The notes under the pieces were generated by a model. The model saw only the letters and a program-made list of their open reading frames with translations. It had not been told where the DNA came from and searched no databases. A DNA stretch of 64,000 nucleotides from the human T2T-CHM13v2.0 reference genome, Homo sapiens, in the NCBI RefSeq assembly GCF_009914755.1, contig NC_060925.1, one strand, 5' to 3'. Each line of letters starts with the position of its first letter. The first letter of the stretch is position 1. This document shows positions 40,801 to 54,259 of the stretch, piece after piece. The position numbers and the translations under genes were made by a program.

Positions 40801-43800
40801 TCTGAGAGTTGAAAGCACACATCACGCAGCAGTTTCTGAGAATGATTCTGTCTAGTTTTTATACGAAGATATTTCCTTTTCTGCCTTTGGCCCCAAAGCG
40901 CTTGAAATCTCCACTTGCAAATTCCACAAAAACAGTGTTTCAAATCTGCTCTCTCTAAATGAAAGTTCAACTCTGTCAGTTGAATACACACAACACAAGG
41001 AAGTTACTGAGAATTCTTCTGTCTAGCATAATATGAAGAAATCCCGTTTCCAACGAAGGCCTCAAAGGGGTCTGAATATCCACTTGCAGACTTTATAAAC
41101 AGAGTGTTTACTAACTGCTCTATGAAAAGAAAGGTTAAACTCTGTGAGTTGAACACACACATCACAAAGGAGTTTCTGAGAATCATTCTGTCTAGTTTTT
41201 CTACGAAGATATTTCCTTTTCTACTATTGACCTCAACGCGGCTGAAATCTCCACTTGCAAATTCCACAAAAAGAGTGTTTCAAGTCTGCTCTGTGTAAAG
41301 GATCGTTCAACTCTGTGAGTTGAATACACACAACACAAGGAAGTTACTGAGAATTCTTCTGTCTAGCAGAATATGAAGAAATCCCGTTTCCAACGAAGGC
41401 CTCAAGGAGGTCTGAATATCCACTTGCAGACTTTACAAACAGAGTGTTTCCTAACTGCTCTATGAACAGAAAGGTTAAACTCTGTGAGTTGAACGCACAC
41501 ATCACAAAGGAGTTTCTGAGAATCATTCTGTCTAGTCTTTATACGAAGATATTTACTTTTCTACCATTGACCTCAAAGCGGCTGAAATCTCCACTTGCAA
41601 ATTCCACAAAAAGAGTTTTTCAAGTCTGCTCTGTGTAAAGGATCCTTCAACTCTGTGAGTTGAATACACACAACACAAGGAAGTTACTGAGAATTCTTCT
41701 GTCTAGCAGAATATGAAGAAATCCCGTTTCCAACGAAGGCCTCAAGGAGGTCTGAATATCCACTTGCAGACTTTACAAACAGAGTGTTTCCTAACTGCTC
41801 TATGAAAAGAAAGGTTAAACTCTGTGAGTTGGACGCACACATCGCAAAGGAGTTTATGAGAATCATTCTGTCTAGTTTCTATAAGAAGATATTTCCTATT
41901 CTACCATTGACCTCAAAGCGGCTGAAATCTCCACTTGCAAATTCGACAAAAAGAGTGTTTCAAGCCTGCTCTCTGTAAAGGATCCTTCAACTCTGTGAGT
42001 TGAATACACACAACACAAGGAAGTTACTGAGAATTCTTCTGTCTAGCAGAATATGAAGAAATCCCGTTTCCAACGAAGGCCTCAAAGAGGTCTGCATATC
42101 CACTTGCAGACTTTACAAACAGAGTGTTTCCTAACTGCTCTATGAGAAGAAAAGTTAAACTCTGTGAGTTGAACGCAAACATGAAAAAAGATTTTCTGAG
42201 AATCATTCTGTCTAGTCTTTATATGAAGATAGTTTCCTTTTCTACCATTGACCTCAAAGCGGCTGAAATCTCCACTTGCAAATTCCACAAAAAGAGTGTT
42301 TCAAGTCTGCTCTGTGTAAAGGATCGTTCAACTCTGTGAGTTGAATACACACAACACAAGGAAGTTACTGAGAATTCTTCTGTCTAGCAGAATATGAAGA
42401 AATCCCGTTTCCAACGAAGGCCACAAGATGTCAGAATATCCACTTACAGACTTTACAAACAGAGTGTTTCCTAACTGCTCTATGAACAGAAAGGTTAAAC
42501 TCTGTGAGTTGAACGAACACATCACAACGCAGTTTGTGGGAATGATTCTGTCTAGTTTTGAAACGAAGATATTTCCTTTTCTGCCGTTGACCTTAAAGAG
42601 CTTGAAAACTACACTTGCAAATTGCACAAATAGAGTGTTTCAAATCTGCTCTGTCTAAGGGAACGTTCAACTCTGTGAGTTGAATGCACACAACACAAGG
42701 AAGTTACTGGGAATTCTTCTGTCTAGCCTTACATGAAAAAAACCCGTTTCCAACGAAGGCCTCTAAGTGGTCAAAATTTCCACGTGCAGACTTTACAAAC
42801 AGAGTGTTTCCAAACCGCTGAATGAAAAGAAAAGTTAAACTCTGAGAGTTGAAAGCACACATCACGCAGCAGTTTCTGAGAATGATTCTGTCTAGTTTTT
42901 ATACGAAGATATTTCCTTTTCTGCCTTTGGCCCCAAAGCGCTTGAAATCTCCACTTGCAAATTCCACAAAAACAGTGTTTCAAATCTGCTCTCTCTAAAT
43001 GAAAGTTCAACTCTGTCAGTTGAATACACACAACACAAGGAAGTTACTGAGAATTCTTCTGTCTAGCATAATATGAAGAAATCCCGTTTCCAACGAAGGC
43101 CTCAAAGGGGTCTGAATATCCACTTGCAGACTTTATAAACAGAGTGTTTACTAACTGCTCTATGAAAAGAAAGGTTAAACTCTGTGAGTTGAACACACAC
43201 ATCACAAAGGAGTTTCTGAGAATCATTCTGTCTAGTTTTTCTACGAAGATATTTCCTTTTCTACTATTGACCTCAAAGCGGCTGAAATCTCCACTTGCAA
43301 ATTCCACAAAAAGAGTGTTTCAAGTCTGCTCTGTGTAAAGGATCGTTCAACTCTGTGAGTTGAATACACACAACACAAGGAAGTTACTGAGAATTCTTCT
43401 GTCTAGCAGAATATGAAGAAATCCCGTTTCCAACGAAGGCCTCAAGGAGGTCTGAATATCCACTTGCAGACTTTACAAACAGAGTGTTTCCTAACTGCTC
43501 TATGAAAAGAAAGGTTAAACTCTGTGAGTTGAACGCACACATCACAAAGGAGTTTCTGAGAATCATTCTGTCTAGTCTTTATACGAAGATATTTACTTTT
43601 CTACCATTGACCTCAAAGCGGCTGAAATCTCCACTTGCAAATTCCACAAAAAGAGTGTTTCAAGTCTGCTCTGTGTAAAGGATCCTTCAACTCTGTGAGT
43701 TGAATACACACAACACAAGGAAGTTACTGAGAATTCTTCTGTCTAGCAGAATATGAAGAAATCCCGTTTCCAACGAAGGCCTCAAAGACGTCTGAATATC

Positions 43801-46800
43801 CACTTGCAGACTTTACAAACAGAGTGTTTCCTAACTGCTCTATGAAAAGAAAGGTTATACTCTGTGAGTTGAACGCACACATCACAAAGGAGTTTCTGAG
43901 AATCATTCTGTCTAGTTTCTATAGGAAGATATTTCCTATTCTACCTTTGACCTCATAGCGGCTGAAATCTCCACTTGCAAATTCCACAAAAAGAGTGTTT
44001 CAAGTCTGCTCTCTGTAAAGGATCGTTCAACTCTGTGAGTTGAATACACACAACACAAGGAAGTTACTGAGAATTATTCTGTCTAGCATAATATGAAGAA
44101 ATCCCGTTTCCAACGAAGGCCTCAAAGAGGTCTGAATATCCACTTGCAGACTTTACAAACAGAGTGTTTCCTAACTGCTCTATGAAAAGAAAACTTAAAC
44201 TCTGTGAGTTGAACGCACACATCACAAAGGAGTTTATGAGAATCATTCTGTCTAGTTTCTATAAGAAGATATTTCCTATTCTACCATTGACCTCAAAGCG
44301 GCTGAAATCTCCACTTGCAAATTCCACAAAAAGAGTGTTTCAAGTCTGCTCTCTGTAAAGGATCGTTCAACTCTGTGAGTTGAATACACACAACAGAAGG
44401 AAGTTACTGAGAATTCTTCTGTCTAGCAGAATGTGAAGAAATCCCGTTTCCAACGAAGGCCACAAGATGTCAGAATATCCACTTGCAGACTTTACAAACA
44501 GAGTGTTTCCTAACTGCTCTATGAACAGAAAGGTTAAACTCTGTGAGTTGAACGAACACATCACAACGCAGTTTGTGGGAATGATTCTGTCTAGTTTTGA
44601 AACGAAGATATTTCCTTTTCTGCCGTTGACCTTAAAGCGCTTGAAATCTACACTTGCAAATTGCACAAATAGAGTGTTTCAAATCTGCTCTGTCTAAGGG
44701 AACGTTCAACTCTGTGAGTTGAATGCACACAACACAAGGAAGTTACTGGGAATTCTTCTGTCTAGCCTTACATGAAAAAACCCGTTTCCAACGAAGGCCT
44801 CTAAGTGGTCAAAATATCCACGTGCAGACTTTACAAACAGAGTGTTTCCAAACCGCTGAATGAAAAGAAAAGTTAAACTCTGAGAGTTGAACGCACACAT
44901 CACGCAGCAGTTTCTGAGAATGATTCTGTCTAGTTTTTATACGAAGATATTTCCTTTTCTGCCTTTGGCCCCAAAGCGCTTAAAATCTCCACTTGCAAAT
45001 TCCACAAAAACAGTGTTTCAAATCTGCTCTCTCTAAATGAAAGTTCAACTCTGTCAGTTGAATACACACAACACAAGGAAGTTACTGAGAATTCTTCTGT
45101 CTAGCATAATATGAAGAAATCCCGTTTCCAACGAAGGCCTCAAAGGGGTCTGAATATCCACTTGCAGACTTTATAAACAGAGTGTTTACTAACTGCTCTA
45201 TGAAAAGAAAGGTTAAACTCTGTGAGTTGAACACACACATCACAAAGGAGTTTCTGAGAATCATTCTGTCTAGTTTTTCTACGAAGATATTTCCTTTTCT
45301 ACTATTGACCTCAAAGCGGCTGAAATCTCCACTTGCAAATTCCACAAAAAGAGTGTTTCAAGTCTGCTCTGTGTAAAGGATCGTTCAACTCTGTGAGTTG
45401 AATACACACAACACAAGGAAGTTACTGAGAATTCTTCTGTCTAGCAGAATATGAAGAAATCCCGTTTCCAACGAAGGCCTCAAGGAGGTCTGAATATCCA
45501 CTTGCAGACTTTACAAACAGAATGTTTCCTAACTGCTCTATGAAAAGAAAGGTTAAACTCTGTGAGTTGGACGCACACATCACAAAGGAGTTTATGAGAA
45601 TCATTCTGTCTAGTTTCTATAAGAAGATATTTCCTATTCTACCATTGACCACAAAGCGGCTGAAATCTCCACTTGCAAATTCGACAAAAAGAGTGTTTCA
45701 AGCCTGCTCTCTGTAAAGGATCCTTCAACTCTGTGAGTTGAATACACACAACACAAGGAAGTTACTGAGAATTCTTCTGTCTAGCAGAATATGAAGAAAT
45801 CCCGTTTCCAACGAAGGCCTCAAAGAGGTCTGCATATCCACTTGCAGACTTTACAAACAGAGTGTTTCCTAACTGCTCTATGAGAAGAAAAGTTAAACTC
45901 TGTGAGTTGAACGCACACATCGCAAAAGATTTTCTGAGAATCATTCTGTCTAGTCTTTATATGAAGATAGTTTCCTTTTCTACCATTGACCTCAAATCGG
46001 CTGAAATCTCCACTTGCAAATTCCACAAAAAGAGTGTTTCAAGTCTGCTCTGTGTAAAGGATCGTTCAACTCTGTGAGTTGAATACACACAACACAAGGA
46101 AGTTACTGAGAATTCTTCTGTCTAGCAGAATATGAAGAAATCCCGTTTCCAACGAAGGCCACAAGATGTCAGAATATCCACTTACAGACTTTACAAACAG
46201 AGTGTTTCCTAACTGCTCTATGAACAGAAAGGTTAAACTCTGTGAGTTGAACGAACACATCACAACGCAGTTTGTGGGAATGATTCTGTCTAGTTTTGAA
46301 ACGAAGATATTTCCTTTTCTGCCGTTGACCTTAAAGAGCTTGAAAACTACACTTGCAAATTGCACAAATAGAGTGTTTCAAATCTGCTCTGTCTAAGGGA
46401 ACGTTCAACTCTGTGAGTTGAATGCACACAACACAAGGAAGTTACTGGGAATTCTTCTGTCTAGCCTTACATGAAAAAAACCCGTTTCCAACGAAGGCCT
46501 CTAAGTGGTCAAAATTTCCACGTGCAGACTTTACAAACAGAGTGTTTCCAAACCGCTGAATGAAAAGAAAAGTTAAACTCTGAGAGTTGAAAGCACACAT
46601 CACGCAGCAGTTTCTGAGAATGATTCTGTCTAGTTTTTATACGAAGATATTTCCTTTTCTGCCTTTGGCCCCAAAGCGCTTGAAATCTCCACTTGCAAAT
46701 TCCACAAAAACAGTGTTTCAAATCTGCTCTCTCTAAATGAAAGTTCAACTCTGTCAGTTGAATACACACAACACAAGGAAGTTACTGAGAATTCTTCTGT

Positions 46801-49800
46801 CTAGCATAATATGAAGAAATCCCGTTTCCAACGAAGGCCTCAAAGGGGTCTGAATATCCACTTGCAGACTTTATAAACAGAGTGTTTACTAACTGCTCTA
46901 TGAAAAGAAAGGTTAAACTCTGTGAGTTGAACACACACATCACAAAGGAGTTTCTGAGAATCATTCTGTCTAGTTTTTCTACGAAGATATTTCCTTTTCT
47001 ACTATTGACCTCAACGCGGCTGAAATCTCCACTTGCAAATTCCACAAAAAGAGTGTTTCAAGTCTGCTCTGTGTAAAGGATCGTTCAACTCTGTGAGTTG
47101 AATACACACAACACAAGGAAGTTACTGAGAATTCTTCTGTCTAGCAGAATATGAAGAAATCCCGTTTCCAACGAAGGCCTCAAGGAGGTCTGAATATCCA
47201 CTTGCAGACTTTACAAACAGAGTGTTTCCTAACTGCTCTATGAACAGAAAGGTTAAACTCTGTGAGTTGAACGCACACATCACAAAGGAGTTTCTGAGAA
47301 TCATTCTGTCTAGTCTTTATACGAAGATATTTACTTTTCTACCATTGACCTCAAAGCGGCTGAAATCTCCACTTGCAAATTCCACAAAAAGAGTTTTTCA
47401 AGTCTGCTCTGTGTAAAGGATCCTTCAACTCTGTGAGTTGAATACACACAACACAAGGAAGTTACTGAGAATTCTTCTGTCTAGCAGAATATGAAGAAAT
47501 CCCGTTTCCAACGAAGGCCTCAAGGAGGTCTGAATATCCACTTGCAGACTTTACAAACAGAGTGTTTCCTAACTGCTCTATGAAAAGAAAGGTTAAACTC
47601 TGTGAGTTGGACGCACACATCGCAAAGGAGTTTATGAGAATCATTCTGTCTAGTTTCTATAAGAAGATATTTCCTATTCTACCATTGACCTCAAAGCGGC
47701 TGAAATCTCCACTTGCAAATTCGACAAAAAGAGTGTTTCAAGCCTGCTCTCTGTAAAGGATCCTTCAACTCTGTGAGTTGAATACACACAACACAAGGAA
47801 GTTACTGAGAATTCTTCTGTCTAGCAGAATATGAAGAAATCCCGTTTCCAACGAAGGCCTCAAAGAGGTCTGCATATCCACTTGCAGACTTTACAAACAG
47901 AGTGTTTCCTAACTGCTCTATGAGAAGAAAAGTTAAACTCTGTGAGTTGAACGCAAACATGAAAAAAGATTTTCTGAGAATCATTCTGTCTAGTCTTTAT
48001 ATGAAGATAGTTTCCTTTTCTACCATTGACCTCAAAGCGGCTGAAATCTCCACTTGCAAATTCCACAAAAAGAGTGTTTCAAGTCTGCTCTGTGTAAAGG
48101 ATCGTTCAACTCTGTGAGTTGAATACACACAACACAAGGAAGTTACTGAGAATTCTTCTGTCTAGCAGAATATGAAGAAATCCCGTTTCCAACGAAGGCC
48201 ACAAGATGTCAGAATATCCACTTACAGACTTTACAAACAGAGTGTTTCCTAACTGCTCTATGAACAGAAAGGTTAAACTCTGTGAGTTGAACGAACACAT
48301 CACAACGCAGTTTGTGGGAATGATTCTGTCTAGTTTTGAAACGAAGATATTTCCTTTTCTGCCGTTGACCTTAAAGAGCTTGAAAACTACACTTGCAAAT
48401 TGCACAAATAGAGTGTTTCAAATCTGCTCTGTCTAAGGGAACGTTCAACTCTGTGAGTTGAATGCACACAACACAAGGAAGTTACTGGGAATTCTTCTGT
48501 CTAGCCTTACATGAAAAAAACCCGTTTCCAACGAAGGCCTCTAAGTGGTCAAAATTTCCACGTGCAGACTTTACAAACAGAGTGTTTCCAAACCGCTGAA
48601 TGAAAAGAAAAGTTAAACTCTGAGAGTTGAAAGCACACATCACGCAGCAGTTTCTGAGAATGATTCTGTCTAGTTTTTATACGAAGATATTTCCTTTTCT
48701 GCCTTTGGCCCCAAAGCGCTTGAAATCTCCACTTGCAAATTCCACAAAAACAGTGTTTCAAATCTGCTCTCTCTAAATGAAAGTTCAACTCTGTCAGTTG
48801 AATACACACAACACAAGGAAGTTACTGAGAATTCTTCTGTCTAGCATAATATGAAGAAATCCCGTTTCCAACGAAGGCCTCAAAGGGGTCTGAATATCCA
48901 CTTGCAGACTTTATAAACAGAGTGTTTACTAACTGCTCTATGAAAAGAAAGGTTAAACTCTGTGAGTTGAACACACACATCACAAAGGAGTTTCTGAGAA
49001 TCATTCTGTCTAGTTTTTCTACGAAGATATTTCCTTTTCTACTATTGACCTCAAAGCGGCTGAAATCTCCACTTGCAAATTCCACAAAAAGAGTGTTTCA
49101 AGTCTGCTCTGTGTAAAGGATCGTTCAACTCTGTGAGTTGAATACACACAACACAAGGAAGTTACTGAGAATTCTTCTGTCTAGCAGAATATGAAGAAAT
49201 CCCGTTTCCAACGAAGGCCTCAAGGAGGTCTGAATATCCACTTGCAGACTTTACAAACAGAGTGTTTCCTAACTGCTCTATGAAAAGAAAGGTTAAACTC
49301 TGTGAGTTGAACGCACACATCACAAAGGAGTTTCTGAGAATCATTCTGTCTAGTCTTTATACGAAGATATTTACTTTTCTACCATTGACCTCAAAGCGGC
49401 TGAAATCTCCACTTGCAAATTCCACAAAAAGAGTGTTTCAAGTCTGCTCTGTGTAAAGGATCGTTCAACTCTGTGAGTTGAATACACACAACACAAGGAA
49501 GTTACTGAGAATTCTTCTGTCTAGCAGAATATGAAGAAATCCCGTTTCCAACGAAGGCCTCAAAGACGTCTGAATATCCACTTGCAGACTTTACAAACAG
49601 AGTGTTTCCTAACTGCTCTATGAAAAGAAAGGTTATACTCTGTGAGTTGAACGCACACATCACAAAGGAGTTTCTGAGAATCATTCTGTCTAGTTTCTAT
49701 AGGAAGATATTTCCTATTCTACCTTTGACCTCAAAGCGGCTGAAATCTCCACTTGCAAATTCCACAAAAAGAGTGTTTCAAGTCTGCTCTCTGTAAAGGA

Positions 49801-52800
49801 TCGTTCAACTCTGTGAGTTGAATACACACAACACAAGGAAGTTACTGAGAATTATTCTGTCTAGCATAATATGAAGAAATCCCGTTTCCAACGAAGGCCT
49901 CAAAGAGGTCTGAATATCCACTTGCAGACTTTACAAACAGAGTGTTTCCTAACTGCTCTATGAAAAGAAAACTTAAACTCTGTGAGTTGAACGCACACAT
50001 CACAAAGGAGTTTATGAGAATCATTCTGTCTAGTTTCTATAAGAAGATATTTCCTATTCTACCATTGACCTCAAAGCGGCTGAAATCTCCACTTGCAAAT
50101 TCCACAAAAAGAGTGTTTCAAGTCTGCTCTCTGTAAAGGATCGTTCAACTCTGTGAGTTGAATACACACAACAGAAGGAAGTTACTGAGAATTCTTCTGT
50201 CTAGCAGAATGTGAAGAAATCCCGTTTCCAACGAAGGCCACAAGATGTCAGAATATCCACTTGCAGACTTTACAAACAGAGTGTTTCCTAACTGCTCTAT
50301 GAACAGAAAGGTTAAACTCTGTGAGTTGAACGAACACATCACAACGCAGTTTGTGGGAATGATTCTGTCTAGTTTTGAAACGAAGATATTTCCTTTTCTG
50401 CCGTTGACCTTAAAGCGCTTGAAATCTACACTTGCAAATTGCACAAATAGAGTGTTTCAAATCTGCTCTGTCTAAGGGAACGTTCAACTCTGTGAGTTGA
50501 ATGCACACAACACAAGGAAGTTACTGGGAATTCTTCTGTCTAGCCTTACATGAAAAAACCCGTTTCCAACGAAGGCCTCTAAGTGGTCAAAATATCCACG
50601 TGCAGACTTTACAAACAGAGTGTTTCCAAACCGCTGAATGAAAAGAAAAGTTAAACTCTGAGAGTTGAACGCACACATCACGCAGCAGTTTCTGAGAATG
50701 ATTCTGTCTAGTTTTTATACGAAGATATTTCCTTTTCTGCCTTTGGCCCCAAAGCGCTTAAAATCTCCACTTGCAAATTCCACAAAAACAGTGTTTCAAA
50801 TCTGCTCTCTCTAAATGAAAGTTCAACTCTGTCAGTTGAATACACACAACACAAGGAAGTTACTGAGAATTCTTCTGTCTAGCATAATATGAAGAAATCC
50901 CGTTTCCAACGAAGGCCTCAAAGGGGTCTGAATATCCACTTGCAGACTTTATAAACAGAGTGTTTACTAACTGCTCTATGAAAAGAAAGGTTAAACTCTG
51001 TGAGTTGAACACACACATCACAAAGGAGTTTCTGAGAATCATTCTGTCTAGTTTTTCTACGAAGATATTTCCTTTTCTACTATTGACCTCAAAGCGGCTG
51101 AAATCTCCACTTGCAAATTCCACAAAAAGAGTGTTTCAAGTCTGCTCTGTGTAAAGGATCGTTCAACTCTGTGAGTTGAATACACACAACACAAGGAAGT
51201 TACTGAGAATTCTTCTGTCTAGCAGAATATGAAGAAATCCCGTTTCCAACGAAGGCCTCAAGGAGGTCTGAATATCCACTTGCAGACTTTACAAACAGAA
51301 TGTTTCCTAACTGCTCTATGAAAAGAAAGGTTAAACTCTGTGAGTTGGACGCACACATCACAAAGGAGTTTATGAGAATCATTCTGTCTAGTTTCTATAA
51401 GAAGATATTTCCTATTCTACCATTGACCACAAAGCGGCTGAAATCTCCACTTGCAAATTCGACAAAAAGAGTGTTTCAAGCCTGCTCTCTGTAAAGGATC
51501 CTTCAACTCTGTGAGTTGAATACACACAACACAAGGAAGTTACTGAGAATTCTTCTGTCTAGCAGAATATGAAGAAATCCCGTTTCCAACGAAGGCCTCA
51601 AAGAGGTCTGCATATCCACTTGCAGACTTTACAAACAGAGTGTTTCCTAACTGCTCTATGAGAAGAAAAGTTAAACTCTGTGAGTTGAACGCACACATCA
51701 CAAAAGATTTTCTGAGAATCATTCTGTCTAGTCTTTATATGAAGATAGTTTCCTTTTCTACCATTGACCTCAAATCGGCTGAAATCTCCACTTGCGAATT
51801 CCACAAAAAGAGTGTTTCAAGTCTGCTCTGTGTAAAGGATCGTTCAACTCTGTGAGTTGAATACACACAACACAAGGAAGTTACTGAGAATTCTTCTGTC
51901 TAGCAGAATATGAAGAAATCCCGTTTCCAACGAAGGCCACAAGATGTCAGAATATCCACTTACAGACTTTACAAACAGAGTGTTTCCTAACTGCTCTATG
52001 AACAGAAAGGTTAAACTCTGTGAGTTGAACGAACACATCACAACGCAGTTTGTGGGAATGATTCTGTCTAGTTTTGAAACGAAGATATTTCCTTTTCTGC
52101 CGTTGACCTTAAAGAGCTTGAAAACTACACTTGCAAATTGCACAAATAGAGTGTTTCAAATCTGCTCTGTCTAAGGGAACGTTCAACTCTGTGAGTTGAA
52201 TGCACACAACACAAGGAAGTTACTGGGAATTCTTCTGTCTAGCCTTACATGAAAAAAACCCGTTTCCAACGAAGGCCTCTAAGTGGTCAAAATTTCCACG
52301 TGCAGACTTTACAAACAGAGTGTTTCCAAACCGCTGAATGAAAAGAAAAGTTAAACTCTGAGAGTTGAAAGCACACATCACGCAGCAGTTTCTGAGAATG
52401 ATTCTGTCTAGTTTTTATACGAAGATATTTCCTTTTCTGCCTTTGGCCCCAAAGCGCTTGAAATCTCCACTTGCAAATTCCACAAAAACAGTGTTTCAAA
52501 TCTGCTCTCTCTAAATGAAAGTTCAACTCTGTCAGTTGAATACACACAACACAAGGAAGTTACTGAGAATTCTTCTGTCTAGCATAATATGAAGAAATCC
52601 CGTTTCCAACGAAGGCCTCAAAGGGGTCTGAATATCCACTTGCAGACTTTATAAACAGAGTGTTTACTAACTGCTCTATGAAAAGAAAGGTTAAACTCTG
52701 TGAGTTGAACACACACATCACAAAGGAGTTTCTGAGAATCATTCTGTCTAGTTTTTCTACGAAGATATTTCCTTTTCTACTATTGACCTCAAAGCGGCTG

Positions 52801-53239
52801 AAATCTCCACTTGCAAATTCCACAAAAAGAGTGTTTCAAGTCTGCTCTGTGTAAAGGATCGTTCAACTCTGTGAGTTGAATACACACAACACAAGGAAGT
52901 TACTGAGAATTCTTCTGTCTAGCAGAATATGAAGAAATCCCGTTTCCAACGAAGGCCTCAAGGAGGTCTGAATATCCACTTGCAGACTTTACAAACAGAG
53001 TGTTTCCTAACTGCTCTATGAACAGAAAGGTTAAACTCTGTGAGTTGAACGCACACATCACAAAGGAGTTTCTGAGAATCATTCTGTCTAGTCTTTATAC
53101 GAAGATATTTACTTTTCTACCATTGACCTCAAAGCGGCTGAAATCTCCACTTGCAAATTCCACAAAAAGAGTTTTTCAAGTCTGCTCTGTGTAAAGGATC
53201 CTTCAACTCTGTGAGTTGAATACACACAACACAAGGAAG
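31828..53239 (-). repeat. Homogeneous block of super-repeats: 5778-bp (34-monomer) period with one 3738-bp (22-monomer) sub-period
   Basis: Rare variant gaaaaCtt at 34678, 38416, 44194, 49972 (offsets 3738, 5778, 5778). Variant aaacatgaaa at 32661, 42177, 47955 (offsets 9516, 5778). Confidence 0.92.
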
Positions 53240-54259
53240 TTACTGAGAATTCTTCTGTCTAGCAGAATATGAAGAAATCCCGTTTCCAACGAAGGCCTCA
53301 AAGAGGTCTGAATATCCACTTGCACACTTTACAAACAGAGTGTTTCCTAACTGCTCTATGAGAAGAAAAGTTAAACTCTGTGAGTTGAACGCACACATCA
53401 CAAAAGATTTTCTGAGAATCATTCTGTCTAGTCTTTATATGAAGATAGTTTCCTTTTCTACCATTGACCTCAAAGCGGCTGAAATCTCCACTTGCAAATT
53501 CCACAAAAAGAGTGTTTCAAGTCTGCTCTGTGTAAAGGATCGTTCAACTCTGTGAGTTGAATACACACAATACAAGGAAGTTACTGAGAATTCTTCTGTC
53601 TAGCAGAATATGAAGAAATCCCGTTTCCAACGAAGGCCACAAGATGTCAGAATATCCACTTACAGACTTTACAAACAGAGTGTTTCCTAACTGCTCTATG
53701 AACAGAAAGGTTAAACTCTGTGAGTTGAACGAACACATCACAACGCAGTTTGTGGGAATGATTCTGTCTAGTTTTGAAACGAAGATATTTCCTTTTCTGC
53801 CGTTGACCTTAAAGAGCTTGAAAACTACACTTGCAAATTGCACAAATAGAGTGTTTCAAATCTGCTCTGTCTAAGGGAACGTTCAACTCTGTGAGTTGAA
53901 TGCACACAACACAAGGAAGTTACTGGGAATTCTTCTGTCTAGCCTTACATGAAAAAAACCCGTTTCCAACGAAGGCCTCTAAGTGGTCAAAATTTCCACG
54001 TGCAGACTTTACAAACAGAGTGTTTCCAAACCGCTGAATGAAAAGAAAAGTTAAACTCTGAGAGTTGAACGCACACATCACGCAGCAGTTTCTGAGAATG
54101 ATTCTGTCTAGTTTTTATACGAAGATATTTCCTTTTCTGCCTTTGGCCCCAAAGCGCTTGAAATCTCCACTTGCAAATTCCACAAAAACAGTGTTTCAAA
54201 TCTGCTCTCTCTAAATGAAAGTTCAACTCTGTCAGTTGAATACACACAACACAAGGAAG

